Of a stretch of 64,000 nt of DNA, positions 1-10,141 are shown piece by piece; the first letter of the stretch is position 1; every line of letters begins with the position of its first letter. The notes beneath the pieces were generated by a model. The model did not search any database, was not told the origin of the DNA, and was given only the letters and a program-made list of their open reading frames with translations. Made by a program: the position numbers and the translations under genes. The stretch lies in NCBI GenBank assembly GCA_041666225.1, contig JBAYHJ010000005.1, positions 2,320 through 66,319 of the forward strand. Reading direction: 5' to 3'. This stretch comes from Minisyncoccota bacterium (GTDB taxonomy: Bacteria; Patescibacteriota; Minisyncoccia; Phycocordibacterales; UBA9973).

Positions 1-909
1 TCTGCCGATGGGCCTATGGGGGGTGGAAATTATGGAGGTCAAGGCGGATTCGGTGGTGGATTTGAAGGTTTTGATTTTTCCGGTTTTCAAAATGGACAAG
101 GTTTTGACATGGGTGATATTGGAGATATTGGAGATATTTTTGGTGACTTTTTTGGTGGCGGAATGGGTAGGGGGACAAAAAATTCTCGTCAAGGCCGAGA
201 TATTCAAACTGAAATTGAATTAACATTTTCCGAATCTATTTTTGGAGTTAAAAAAAGTGTATCGCTAAACAAACAATCAACTTGTGATATTTGTAAAGGT
301 ACCGGAGGAAAAGTTGGAACCAAAATGAATACTTGTAAAACTTGTAATGGTCAAGGTAAGATTCACGAAGTCCGCCGATCAATTCTTGGTTCATTTCAAA
401 CAACAAAAACTTGTGAAGAATGTCTAGGGTCTGGTAAGATTCCATCAGAGAAATGTTCAAACTGTAAAGGGCTTGGAGTTGTTCGAAAACAAAATGAAGT
501 TGAATTAAATATTCCGAGCGGAATAAATAATGGGGAGATGCTAAAAATGTCTGGTGGTGGGGAAGATATTCAAGGAGGCCAATCGGGCGATTTATATATA
601 AAAGTAAAAGTTAAAACTCATGATATTTACAAGCGTGATGGTTTAAATTTAACGATGGATTTACCGATTAAATTAACCGACGCACTTTTGGGAATAACCT
701 ATAATTTAAAAACACTCGAAGGTAACAACATTGAAATTAAAATTCCTGAAGGAATAAATCACAATGAACAACTACGTGTTCGAGGCAAGGGTGTACCATC
801 AACTCGAGGCCGTGGCGATATAATTATTCGTATCCAAGTTAAAATGCCGACAAAACTTTCACGTCGTGAAAAAGAACTTATAGAACAACTCAAAAAAGAA
901 GGGATTTAA
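1..909 (+). CDS. dnaJ: Chaperone DnaJ, C-terminal part (5' end lies outside window; reading frame 1)
   Basis: Gly/Phe-rich linker (GGGFEGFDFSGFQNGQGF), four CxxCxGxG zinc-finger repeats (CDICKGTG, CKTCNGQG, CEECLGSG, CSNCKGLG), DnaJ C-terminal domain; ORF open to position 1. Confidence 0.85.
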   Translation, partial: SADGPMGGGNYGGQGGFGGGFEGFDFSGFQNGQGFDMGDIGDIGDIFGDFFGGGMGRGTKNSRQGRDIQTEIELTFSESIFGVKKSVSLNKQSTCDICKGTGGKVGTKMNTCKTCNGQGKIHEVRRSILGSFQTTKTCEECLGSGKIPSEKCSNCKGLGVVRKQNEVELNIPSGINNGEMLKMSGGGEDIQGGQSGDLYIKVKVKTHDIYKRDGLNLTMDLPIKLTDALLGITYNLKTLEGNNIEIKIPEGINHNEQLRVRGKGVPSTRGRGDIIIRIQVKMPTKLSRREKELIEQLKKEGI

Positions 910-1015
910 AATCTTTACAAATATTGAGTTTTTGATACAATTGTCACTATTATTACTTATTGCAGGTCGTAGATACTGAGAGTAAACTCGAAGTACAGAT
1001 ACCTGATATAAAGAG

Positions 1016-2392
1016 ATGAATAAAAGTTCTAAAGCTGGAAAAAAGCTATGGAAAATTGGTTCTAAGGATTTCAATACTCAATATTTTGATTTTAATAAAG
1101 AAGGAGATCTAATTATTAAAGAAGGACACAATATTTACAACGTTAAGTATTTAGCTGAAAAATTTGGGACATCTCTCGAAATTTTCATGCCTTTTATTAT
1201 TGAAGAAAGACTTGAAGACTTACTTGATATTGCTCAAGCATATTCAAAAAAGATTGGTTATAAGGGTAAATTTTTCTATCATTTCCCAATGAAAGTTAAT
1301 CAGAATAAGGAAGCTATAATGGCACTCGTGGGTGAAGGTGCTCATCTTGAAACTTCTTCCTATACTGATTTATATCTTATAAAAAAAATGCTTGAGCAAG
1401 AATCTTTTAATCCAAACATTCGCATTCTTTGTAATGGTCCAAAGACAGATAAATATATGAATCTGATAGATGAACTTCAACATCGGGGAGTTAAAATTTT
1501 TCCAATTATTGAGGCACCTAATGAATTATCATTTCTCCAGCACTCTCGTTATGACGTTGGTATTCGTCTAGATATGCCTGTAAAAGCTGAATCTTATTGG
1601 AACAAAACGATTGATCGTTTTGGTTTTTCTGCGAAGGAAATTTTACAAATGGGTAGTTTTAAAAATCTTAAAATATTACACTATCATATTGGTTCACAAA
1701 TAGAAAAATTATCTGATGTTATAGTACCTATTAAATATGCACTTGACGTTTATTTTAAATTAAAAGAAAAAAATCCTTCCCTTGATACACTCGACATTGG
1801 TGGAGGAATGCCTATTCCTTATGAGAGAAAAAAGAGTTATCCAGTTGATAAATTGATGGAAAAAATTTTTGAAGTTCTCAAATCCGAATCTGAGAAAAGG
1901 GGTGTTCCTCATCCAAATTTAATTTGTGAATGGGGTCGTTATATTGTAGCCCCAGCTCAAATAAATATCTATAAAGTTATTGATACAAAAATAATTAATA
2001 ACAAAAAAGCTGATGCTAATAAATGGTATGTTATTGATGGTAGTTTTATGAATGACCTTTGTGATACTTGGGCTATTGGTCAAAAATGGGCTATAATTCC
2101 TGTAAACATTAAGCAAGACAAAAATCTAACTAAAACATGGCTTGCTGGTTCAACCTGTGATTCAGATGATGTATATAGAGGAACAGAAGGTTTTGTCACT
2201 TTGCCTGATTATGAAGCCAATGGACATCCAATGTATATTGCAGTATTGGATACAGCAGCATATGAAGATGCACTTGTTATGCATCATTGTCTACTTGCAG
2301 GGCCAATGAAAATAATAGTTGAAAATGGTCATATTGTTGTTGCTCGTAAACGTGATACTCCAGAAGATATTGGTAAAGTTTTTGGCTGGTAG
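1016..2392 (+). CDS. speA: PLP-dependent Orn/DAP/Arg decarboxylase family; by N-terminal similarity and context a short biosynthetic arginine decarboxylase
   Basis: HIGSQ and DIGGGMPIPY PLP-fold motifs, CDSDD and AAYEDAL C-terminal motifs; N-terminal FPMKVNQNKEAI resembles SpeA; followed by aguB/aguA. Confidence 0.65.
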   Translation: MNKSSKAGKKLWKIGSKDFNTQYFDFNKEGDLIIKEGHNIYNVKYLAEKFGTSLEIFMPFIIEERLEDLLDIAQAYSKKIGYKGKFFYHFPMKVNQNKEAIMALVGEGAHLETSSYTDLYLIKKMLEQESFNPNIRILCNGPKTDKYMNLIDELQHRGVKIFPIIEAPNELSFLQHSRYDVGIRLDMPVKAESYWNKTIDRFGFSAKEILQMGSFKNLKILHYHIGSQIEKLSDVIVPIKYALDVYFKLKEKNPSLDTLDIGGGMPIPYERKKSYPVDKLMEKIFEVLKSESEKRGVPHPNLICEWGRYIVAPAQINIYKVIDTKIINNKKADANKWYVIDGSFMNDLCDTWAIGQKWAIIPVNIKQDKNLTKTWLAGSTCDSDDVYRGTEGFVTLPDYEANGHPMYIAVLDTAAYEDALVMHHCLLAGPMKIIVENGHIVVARKRDTPEDIGKVFGW

Positions 2393-2483
2393 ATGAATTA
2401 GGGACTAGTAATTAGTTTCTAGGTTCTAGTATTGAAAATTACAAGTGGTATAATAAAAATAATTAATAATTTAGAAAAATATT

Positions 2484-3506
2484 ATGGATACAAAATTACC
2501 AACATTAGAATTTATTTTAAGAAATTTTAAAAATTTTAACTCTCGTGCTACTCGCGATGCAACAATCGCATATTGGAAGCACGTAGAAAAGGGCGGCAAA
2601 ATGTTTTGGGCTGTTGGTGGAGCAATGTCTTCTGCTCAGCTTGGAATTACACTTGCTCCTGCAATTCGTAAGGGTCTTATCTCTGGTATGTCAGTAACAG
2701 GTGCAAATTTAGAAGAATCACTTTTCCGACTTGTTGCTCACAACAGTTATAAAGATTTTCCGGATTATCGATATTTTACAAAAGAAGATGACACAAAAAT
2801 CTTAGAAGACCGCATGCGTCGAGTGACAGACACAAGTATTCCAGAGGATGAAGCATTCCGTGCAGTTGAACAGCAAATCGTTCCTACTTGGAAGAAAGCA
2901 ACAGAAGAAGGAACAAGAAAATTTTGGCATGAATATTTTTACGATTTAATAAAGAGTGTTGAAGAAGAAAAACACGAAGGAAAGAAAGAAGAATGTTGGT
3001 TGCTTGCAGCCGCTGAGAATAATATTCCAATCGTTGTTCCAGGGCACGAAGATTCAACCTTTGGAAATATTTTTGCTTCATATGTAAAAAATAATGAATG
3101 TAGTCCAAACATTGTTAAATCTGGTATTGAATATATGGCCGCTTTTTATGATCAATATCAAACTCTTTCAGAGGGTGAAGGAATTGGATTTTTTCAAATT
3201 GGAGGAGGTATTTCAGGAGATTTTCCTATTTGTGTAGTTCCATCACTTAAATACGATATGCAAATTGACAATGTAAAACCTTGGGCATATTTTTGTCAGA
3301 TTTCTGATTCTACAACTTCATATGGTTCATACTCAGGTGCTACTCCAAACGAAAAAATTACTTGGGATAAACTTACCAAAGATACTCCAATGTTTGTTAT
3401 TGAGTCAGACGCAACTATTGTCGTACCACTAATACTTGAAGCTCTTATGGAGTGTCTTGAAAGTCCAATAGAGGCAAATAGATTAATAGAAAAATATACA
3501 GCTTAA
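2484..3506 (+). CDS. Deoxyhypusine synthase-like protein (bacterial DHS/homospermidine-synthase-like family)
   Basis: GGAMSSAQLG, SVTGANLEESL and VVPGHEDSTFGNIF match DHS family NAD-binding motifs; embedded in polyamine cluster. Confidence 0.6.
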   Translation: MDTKLPTLEFILRNFKNFNSRATRDATIAYWKHVEKGGKMFWAVGGAMSSAQLGITLAPAIRKGLISGMSVTGANLEESLFRLVAHNSYKDFPDYRYFTKEDDTKILEDRMRRVTDTSIPEDEAFRAVEQQIVPTWKKATEEGTRKFWHEYFYDLIKSVEEEKHEGKKEECWLLAAAENNIPIVVPGHEDSTFGNIFASYVKNNECSPNIVKSGIEYMAAFYDQYQTLSEGEGIGFFQIGGGISGDFPICVVPSLKYDMQIDNVKPWAYFCQISDSTTSYGSYSGATPNEKITWDKLTKDTPMFVIESDATIVVPLILEALMECLESPIEANRLIEKYTA

Positions 3507-3514
3507 TTTAGTAT

Positions 3515-3637
3515 AAGCTATACAAATTATAATAACAAAAAAGTCTGAATCAAGGAGGAGGACGAAGAGCCACCCAGTAGGTGATTCTCCTGAATCAGAC
3601 ACATTTCATAAAATAATTTGTTCCGCTTTAAAATCAC
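3515..3637. repeat. Intergenic repeat element copy 1: conserved AT-rich arms around a GC-rich imperfect hairpin core, ends at the ATG of aguB
   Basis: Left arm aagctatacaaattataataacaaaaaa and right arm cagacacatttcataaaataatttgttccgctttaaaatcaca are near-identical to 33230..33340; core gtctgaatcaaggagg...cctcctgaatcagac is self-complementary. Confidence 0.5.
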
Positions 3638-4525
3638 ATGAAAAAGAAAATGGTCACAGTTGGACTAGTTCAGAGTGCTGTTTCAGCTAACTTAAAATCA
3701 AATTTAAATAAAACTTTAAAAATGGTAGAAAATGCGGCGAAAAAAGGAGCTGAAATTATTTGCTTGCAAGAACTTTATAAAACACCATATTTCCCAAATA
3801 AGAAAAATGTTAAAATTGAAAGCTATCTTGAAACTATACCCGGTGAATCTACCTTGGCATTTAAGGATATTTCTAAGAAATATAAATGTTCAATAATTTT
3901 ACCAATTTATGAAAAAGCTAAAAATGGTAAACTTTACAATACAGTTGTTGTTATAAATGAAAAAGGGGAAATACAGCCAACATATCGTAAAATTCATATT
4001 CCCCATGATCCAAGTTTTTATGAGAAAGATTATTTTGCCGAAGGGAATAATGGTTATCAATTATTTAAACATAAAGATATTATTTACTCAGTATTAATAT
4101 GTTTTGACCAATGGTTCCCAGAAGCTGCTCGTATGGCCAAACTCTCTGGCACAGAAATGATTTTCTATCCGACAGCTATCGGAAATATAATTGGAGAAAA
4201 ACCAATAGAAGGAGATTGGCATGATGCATGGGAGACGGTTATGCGTGGGCATGCAATTGCCAATAGTTTGCCTGTAATTGCAGTCAATAGAACTGGAACT
4301 GAGGATAAATCAAGATTCTGGGGTCAATCATTTATTTGTGATGCGTTTGGTAAAATTCTCAAGAGAGCTAGTAATAAAAAAGATGAAACTATCGTTGCTA
4401 CTTTAGATTTATCAATGAATGAATATATTTCAGAGGGTTGGGGATTTTTAAGAAATAGAAGGGTAGATACTTATAAATTGATAACAAATAAAATTATTAA
4501 AAAGAAAAATGATAGAAATTCCTAA
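3638..4525 (+). CDS. aguB: N-carbamoylputrescine amidase (carbon-nitrogen hydrolase family)
   Basis: Nitrilase-superfamily fold with catalytic Cys in ICFDQWFPEAAR (typical of AguB), E in CLQELY, K in YRKIH. Confidence 0.75.
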   Translation: MKKKMVTVGLVQSAVSANLKSNLNKTLKMVENAAKKGAEIICLQELYKTPYFPNKKNVKIESYLETIPGESTLAFKDISKKYKCSIILPIYEKAKNGKLYNTVVVINEKGEIQPTYRKIHIPHDPSFYEKDYFAEGNNGYQLFKHKDIIYSVLICFDQWFPEAARMAKLSGTEMIFYPTAIGNIIGEKPIEGDWHDAWETVMRGHAIANSLPVIAVNRTGTEDKSRFWGQSFICDAFGKILKRASNKKDETIVATLDLSMNEYISEGWGFLRNRRVDTYKLITNKIIKKKNDRNS

Positions 4526-5561
4526 AGAATTAGGTTTTTATATGCCAGCAGAATGGGAAAAACATTCCGCTGTTTGGCTTGCTTGGCCATATGATGACAC
4601 TACTTTTCCAGGGATGGTTTCTGATATAGAAAAAATATATTGTCAGATTATAAAAGCAATAGAGGATAGTGAAAAAGTAAACTTAATAGTTTTAAATATT
4701 AAAACTCAAAATAAAGTAGAAATATTACTAAAAAGTTTTGGAGTTAATTTAAATAATGTAGTTTTTTATACACAAGAATATGCTGATGTTTGGGTTAGAG
4801 ATTATGCTCCTATAACTTTATTAAATAAAAAAAGCGACAATTTAGCGTTTGTAAAATGGAACTATAATGCCTATGGGAAAAAAGATGATCCCTTTTTTAC
4901 AGATTTATTAAAAGATGATGTTGTTTTTAATAATATTATAAGTGATATAAAATATAAAGTTTTTAAACCAGATATAGTATTGGAAGGCGGAGCAATAGAG
5001 TCTAATGGTGAAGGGGTACTCATGACCACAGAACAGTGCCTTCTTAATCCAAATAGAAACAATGAATTAGATAAAGGGCGTACTGAAATTTATCTAAAGG
5101 CTTATTTGGGGGTAGAGAATATAATTTGGCTTAAAGATGGATTAACTAATGATCATACTGATGGACATATTGATGAAATAGCTCGATTTGTTAGCCCGGA
5201 TACAATTGTTTGTGCTTATGAAAATGACAAAAAAGATTTAAATTTTAATATTTTAAATGATAATTTTAAAATATTAAAAAATGTAAAAGATCAAGGTGGT
5301 AATAAATTTAAAATAATCAAATTACCCATGCCCCATATGAATTATAATAATGGCGAAAAAGCTCCAGTCTCTTATACAAATTTTTATATTGGCAATTCTG
5401 TTATTTTAATGCCAATATTTAATGACCCAAATGACAAAAAGGCAGTAAAAATAATTAAGTCTTTGTTTAAAAATCACAAAATAGTAGAAATAGATTGTTC
5501 AAAAATTATATATGGCGGTGGGGGACTACATTGTATCACAATGCAACAACCTGAACTTTAA
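4509..5561 (+). CDS. aguA: Agmatine deiminase
   Basis: C-terminal GGGGLHCITMQQP (catalytic Cys motif of agmatine deiminase/PAD family), MPAEWEKHSAVWLAWPY N-terminal motif; overlaps aguB stop by 17 nt. Confidence 0.8.
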   Translation: MIEIPKELGFYMPAEWEKHSAVWLAWPYDDTTFPGMVSDIEKIYCQIIKAIEDSEKVNLIVLNIKTQNKVEILLKSFGVNLNNVVFYTQEYADVWVRDYAPITLLNKKSDNLAFVKWNYNAYGKKDDPFFTDLLKDDVVFNNIISDIKYKVFKPDIVLEGGAIESNGEGVLMTTEQCLLNPNRNNELDKGRTEIYLKAYLGVENIIWLKDGLTNDHTDGHIDEIARFVSPDTIVCAYENDKKDLNFNILNDNFKILKNVKDQGGNKFKIIKLPMPHMNYNNGEKAPVSYTNFYIGNSVILMPIFNDPNDKKAVKIIKSLFKNHKIVEIDCSKIIYGGGGLHCITMQQPEL

Positions 5562-5581
5562 TGTGATATAATCATAATTAT

Positions 5582-6508
5582 ATGACATGGTTTTTTATTG
5601 CATTACTAGCTCCAGTTTTTTGGAGTATTAGCACCCATTTTGATAAATATATACTCTCGAGATACAGCAAACGAGGGGGAATGGAATCTGTTTTTTTATT
5701 CTCAACTTTTTTCTCATTAATTTTTGCATTGTTTATATTTTCAATTAAATACAATGAAATTATTTCATATTCTGAATATCAAAATATTTTATTATTCGTT
5801 ATTCCTGGAATTTTAAATGCCTTAGGTTTATATTTTTATTTGAAATCACTAAAAAACGAAGAATCATCTATCGTGGTTGCACTTTTCCAAGTTTCTCCAG
5901 TTTTTGCTTATTTTTTAAGTTATTTAATTTTAGGTGAAATATTAACTAAAATTCAAATCTTTGCATCTATTATAATCTTGTTGGGTGCAACTATTTTATC
6001 TTTTAATATAGAGGAGAAAAGGAAAATTTTAGTAAAATGGGAAATGGTGAGATACATTTTACTCGCTGCTTTATTCTTTGCTCTCAACGATGTTATATTC
6101 AAAGAATTTACAATTTCCCATGGTTCCTTTATTACTTCACTTTTTTATCAGCATATTGGGATTTTTATTGTTGGGTTATTATTTTTTTTATTTAAAAAAC
6201 ATTATAAGGAAGATTTTATTTTATTATTAAAAAATAATAAAATAAAAATTTTTGTTTTAAATGGGGCAACAGAATTGTCTTATGTATTAGGCAATCTTAT
6301 AAGTAATTTTGTAATGCTGTCAGTTCCTGTAGCACTTGTTCTTATCGTTAATACCTACCAGACTGTTTTTACTTTCACTATAGGCTTATTATTAACGTTA
6401 TTTTTACCACACATTGTTACAGAAAAAATATCAAAACGTCATTTAATTCAAAAAATATTGGCCATTACTATCATTATTATAGGTAGCTATTTTCTTTACT
6501 TAAGTTAA
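5582..6508 (+). CDS. EamA/DMT-family membrane transporter (about 10 TM)
   Basis: Two repeated 5-TM hydrophobic halves typical of the EamA duplication; immediately downstream of the polyamine genes. Confidence 0.55.
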   Translation: MTWFFIALLAPVFWSISTHFDKYILSRYSKRGGMESVFLFSTFFSLIFALFIFSIKYNEIISYSEYQNILLFVIPGILNALGLYFYLKSLKNEESSIVVALFQVSPVFAYFLSYLILGEILTKIQIFASIIILLGATILSFNIEEKRKILVKWEMVRYILLAALFFALNDVIFKEFTISHGSFITSLFYQHIGIFIVGLLFFLFKKHYKEDFILLLKNNKIKIFVLNGATELSYVLGNLISNFVMLSVPVALVLIVNTYQTVFTFTIGLLLTLFLPHIVTEKISKRHLIQKILAITIIIIGSYFLYLS

Positions 6509-6669
6509 TTTTTTGATTATAATGATCTCATGGATAAAAAATCAAAAGCTTTGATAATAATTTTTCTGATTTTATTAATTATTTCTATGTCTTTTACGTA
6601 TTATCATTTTTTTATAATTCAAGATTTCAATATTTTGAATGATTAAGTTGGTTATTCAAAATAAATTCT

Positions 6670-7182
6670 ATGAAATATTATTTTTCTTGGTTAATCAAAA
6701 AAGCTCATAAAGAAAAAATGGCAAGTGGATTTGGTATTGTTGCTATTGAAAAAATAAAAAAAGGTGAAAAAGTTATAGTTTTTGGAGGTTATGTTTTTAC
6801 AAAAAAACAATTTGATACCCTTAGTAAAAAAATGAAAACATACCCTTTTCAATTAGATGATGAATTATATTTTGGGTTGTCAAAATATTCTGAAGTGGAA
6901 GAACCAGATTATTTAAATCATAGTTGTGAACCAAATTGTGGTTTTGTCGGTGAAATTACAATTGCTGCAATGAGAGATATAAATGTAGGTGAACAAATTA
7001 GTATTGATTACGCGATGTGTTCTACTCAAAAAAGATCGTTAACTTCAGACATGAAAAAATGTCTTTGTGGTTCTAACATTTGCCGTGGAAAAATTACATC
7101 AAATGATTGGAAAATAAAAAAATTACAAAAAAAATATAAAGGTTTTTTTCATCCATTTTTAGAAAAAAAATTTAAAATTTAA
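6670..7182 (+). CDS. SET-domain protein (putative protein-lysine methyltransferase) with post-SET Cys cluster
   Basis: NHSCEPNC SET signature, ELYFG-like motif, C-terminal CLCGSNIC (CxCx4C post-SET). Confidence 0.7.
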   Translation: MKYYFSWLIKKAHKEKMASGFGIVAIEKIKKGEKVIVFGGYVFTKKQFDTLSKKMKTYPFQLDDELYFGLSKYSEVEEPDYLNHSCEPNCGFVGEITIAAMRDINVGEQISIDYAMCSTQKRSLTSDMKKCLCGSNICRGKITSNDWKIKKLQKKYKGFFHPFLEKKFKI

Positions 7183-7194
7183 TTAAAAAATATT

Positions 7195-8865
7195 ATGTTA
7201 ACATGTCCATGGGAATCTACACAATACGTTTTCTTTTCAAGTAACGTTCCACCTTTATTTTATTATTCTCATGGTATTTCTATTATATCAGCATTACTTT
7301 TTGCTTTTATTCTATTCAAGGCCAGGAAGGAATTATCAGCAAAAATATTTATAATAATAATATCCTTATTTTCTATTTGGGTTCTACTTGACCAGTATTT
7401 GTGGGCAACAAATATCCCATCCAGTGTTATGTTTTTTTGGTCATTAGTTATACTTGTTGAGGTTTTGTTGTATATTTTTGCCATCTATTTTATAGATGTT
7501 TTTAATGAAAAAAAAGATATTTCTTTTAAAAAGAAATTATTATTGTTTATAATTTTATTACCTGTACTGCTCACACTCCCAACATCATTGAATCTTTCTG
7601 GTTTATATATTAATTCCTGTAATGCAGAAGAGGGATTTATCGCTAAATATTATACTTATATTGTTGAAATATTTTCGGCTTTATGGATTATATACTATAG
7701 CGTTAAATCATACAGAAGAACTAATGATTTTATAAAAAGAAAAAAAATAATGATATCAACTCTTGGTATTTTATTCTTTCTATTGGCTTTATCATCTGGT
7801 AATTTAATTGGTAGTTTTACTGAGCAGTGGGATTATTCACAGTTTGGCTTGTTTGTTATGCCAATTTTAATAGGTGCCTTAGCTTATCTTATTGTCAAAT
7901 ATAATGCTTTTAACGTTAAATTAATGGCGACACAAGTATTAATATGGGGACTTGTTATTTTAATCGGTTCTCAATTTTTCTTTATTAAGATAACGACCAA
8001 TTTTATTCTAAACGGTGTTACTTTTGTTGGTATTATTATATTTGGTCAATTCCTTATTAAATCTGTAAGAAAGGAAGTAGAACAACGAGAATTATTGGAA
8101 TCTTTGACATCAAAGTTGGAACAATCAAACTCAAATCTTGGAGAAGCTAATGAAAAACTTAAAGGATTAGATAAATTAAAAACGGAATTCGTTTCTTTAG
8201 CCTCTCATCAATTACGAAGTCCTCTGACTGCTATTAAGGGTTATACTTCTATGTTATTAGAAGGTGATTATGGAGATATAAACCCTGAGGCTAAAGATAA
8301 AATAGATAGAATAATGGAATCTAGCAATAATCTTACTTTAGTAGTTGAGGATTTATTAAATGTTGCAAAGATTGAACAAGGAGGGATGAAATATATAATG
8401 GTGAAATTTGATTTTGGAGAATTAATTGAAGATACTGTAAAAGATTTGTCTATTACTGCTGAAAAGAAGGGATTAAAATTAATTTTTAATCTTCCAGAAG
8501 ATAAAAAATATTTTGTAAATGGAGATAAAGAAAAGATTAGACAAATTATTATAAATTTGATAGATAATTCAATAAAATATACGACTAATGGAAGTATTGA
8601 GGTGAGTATGAATTCTAAAGATAATAAAATAATAATGGTAATCAAAGACACAGGAGTTGGAATTGAAAAAGGTAAAGAAGAGACTTTGTTTGATAAATTT
8701 ACTCGTGGTGAAGGATCAAAATTAAACACTTCTGGTTCTGGTCTTGGTTTATATCTAGTCAGAGAGATAGCAAAAGCCCATGGCGGGAGAGTTTGGGCTG
8801 AATCCGAAGGATTAGGTAAGGGATCAACCTTCTTTGTTGAGATAGCTGAAGCGAAAGATAATTAA
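7195..8865 (+). CDS. Sensor histidine kinase with multi-TM N-terminal sensor domain
   Basis: About 8 predicted TM helices, coiled-coil linker, HisKA H-box SHQLRSPLTAIKGY, HATPase N/G1/G2 boxes (IINLIDNSIKYT, DTGVGI, GSGLGL). Confidence 0.8.
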   Translation: MLTCPWESTQYVFFSSNVPPLFYYSHGISIISALLFAFILFKARKELSAKIFIIIISLFSIWVLLDQYLWATNIPSSVMFFWSLVILVEVLLYIFAIYFIDVFNEKKDISFKKKLLLFIILLPVLLTLPTSLNLSGLYINSCNAEEGFIAKYYTYIVEIFSALWIIYYSVKSYRRTNDFIKRKKIMISTLGILFFLLALSSGNLIGSFTEQWDYSQFGLFVMPILIGALAYLIVKYNAFNVKLMATQVLIWGLVILIGSQFFFIKITTNFILNGVTFVGIIIFGQFLIKSVRKEVEQRELLESLTSKLEQSNSNLGEANEKLKGLDKLKTEFVSLASHQLRSPLTAIKGYTSMLLEGDYGDINPEAKDKIDRIMESSNNLTLVVEDLLNVAKIEQGGMKYIMVKFDFGELIEDTVKDLSITAEKKGLKLIFNLPEDKKYFVNGDKEKIRQIIINLIDNSIKYTTNGSIEVSMNSKDNKIIMVIKDTGVGIEKGKEETLFDKFTRGEGSKLNTSGSGLGLYLVREIAKAHGGRVWAESEGLGKGSTFFVEIAEAKDN

Positions 8866-8905
8866 TAATTACTGATTACCAATTAATAATTAGAATAATT
8901 AAAAA

Positions 8906-8931
8906 ATACTAGGCCTTGCCTAGTATTTTTT
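8906..8931. terminator. Bidirectional rho-independent terminator between convergent histidine kinase and trpB
   Basis: atactaggc-cttg-cctagtat hairpin flanked by A-run upstream and T-run downstream. Confidence 0.55.
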
Positions 8932-8935
8932 AAAA

Positions 8936-10141
8936 TTACAATTTTAATAATTCTGCCACATAATCAATATCTTTATCTCCACGACCAGAGAGATTTACTA
9001 TTATTATTTTATCTTTATCTAATTTTGGTGCTAGTTTTATTGCATAAGCAATAGCATGAGCACTTTCAAGGGCTGGGATTATGCCTTCAACTTTAGATAA
9101 TTCAAGGAAAGCCTTAATCGTCTCATCATCAGAGGCAGAAGTATATTGAACCCTTCCTATATCTTTTAAATAAGCATGGATAGGTCCAACACCAGGGTAA
9201 TCTAATCCAGATGCAATAGAGTGAACACTATTAGGTTCTCCTTTTTCATTTTGTAATACAATAGTCTTCATACCATGTATTACACCCTCTGTCCCATAAG
9301 TAATAGTAGCTGCATGTTCACCAATACTTGAACCTTTGCCAGCTGGCTCTACTCCAATAAGTTTAACTTCGTCATCAAGAAATTCGTGGAATAATCCAAT
9401 GGCATTAGAACCACCACCAACACAACCAATTATATAATCTGGGAGTCTTTTTTCTTGTTTTAAGATTTGTTCTTTCGCTTCCTTTCCCACAATAGATTGA
9501 AAATCTCTTACTATCATTGGGTAAGGATGAGGTCCAACTACTGAACCTATGGCAAAGAAAGTAGTTTTATATTCTTCTATAAACTTAGCGAAGGCGCTAT
9601 CTACAGCATCTTTAAGACATTTACCCCCTGTATTAACTTCTACAACTTTCGCCCCTAGTAATTTCATGCGAATGACATTTGGTTGTTGTTTTTCTATGTC
9701 AATAGAACCCATATGAATTTCACATTCAAGACCAAGTAGAGCTGCTGCTGTGGCAAGAGCTACTCCATGTTGACCCGCTCCTGTTTCAGCTAGAACTTTT
9801 TTCTTACCCATTCTTTTTGCAAGTAATACTTCTCCAATACAATGATTTATCTTATGAGCACCAGTATGATTTAAATCTTCACGTTTAAGATAAATTTTTG
9901 CACCACCTAATTTTTCTGTTAGATTTTTTGCAAAATAGAGTGGGGAAGGACGACCAACATAATTTTTTAGTAAATCAGCGTATTCTTTTTGAAACTCTGG
10001 GTCATTTTTTGCTTTTAAATATTCTCTTTCTATTTCTTTTAATGGTCCTACTAATTGTGGTGGAACATAACTTCCTCCGAATTTTCCATAATACCCCTTT
10101 TCATCTGGTAAATTTTTCAATGATTTAATTTTGTTTTTCAT
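8936..10141 (-). CDS. trpB: Tryptophan synthase beta chain (TrpB1-like); start most likely at the internal ATG at 10141, the ORF track extends to 10237
   Basis: [29 protein letters not shown] (PLP lysine), [16 protein letters not shown] motifs. Confidence 0.85.
   Translation of the reverse strand: MKNKIKSLKNLPDEKGYYGKFGGSYVPPQLVGPLKEIEREYLKAKNDPEFQKEYADLLKNYVGRPSPLYFAKNLTEKLGGAKIYLKREDLNHTGAHKINHCIGEVLLAKRMGKKKVLAETGAGQHGVALATAAALLGLECEIHMGSIDIEKQQPNVIRMKLLGAKVVEVNTGGKCLKDAVDSAFAKFIEEYKTTFFAIGSVVGPHPYPMIVRDFQSIVGKEAKEQILKQEKRLPDYIIGCVGGGSNAIGLFHEFLDDEVKLIGVEPAGKGSSIGEHAATITYGTEGVIHGMKTIVLQNEKGEPNSVHSIASGLDYPGVGPIHAYLKDIGRVQYTSASDDETIKAFLELSKVEGIIPALESAHAIAYAIKLAPKLDKDKIIIVNLSGRGDKDIDYVAELLKL

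Noticed and set aside
2441-2460. Possible promoter tgg-TATAAT upstream of the DHS-like gene
   Set aside because: Good extended -10 but no acceptable -35 at 16-18 nt. Kept out of the feature list as too weak alone.
9898-10128. Plus-strand 76-aa ORF antisense inside trpB, plus similar antisense ORFs inside cysS (10511..10813, 11078..11308) and the IS30 transposase (38302..38511, 38690..38905)
   Set aside because: Each is contained within a strongly supported gene on the opposite strand and has a low-complexity composition.
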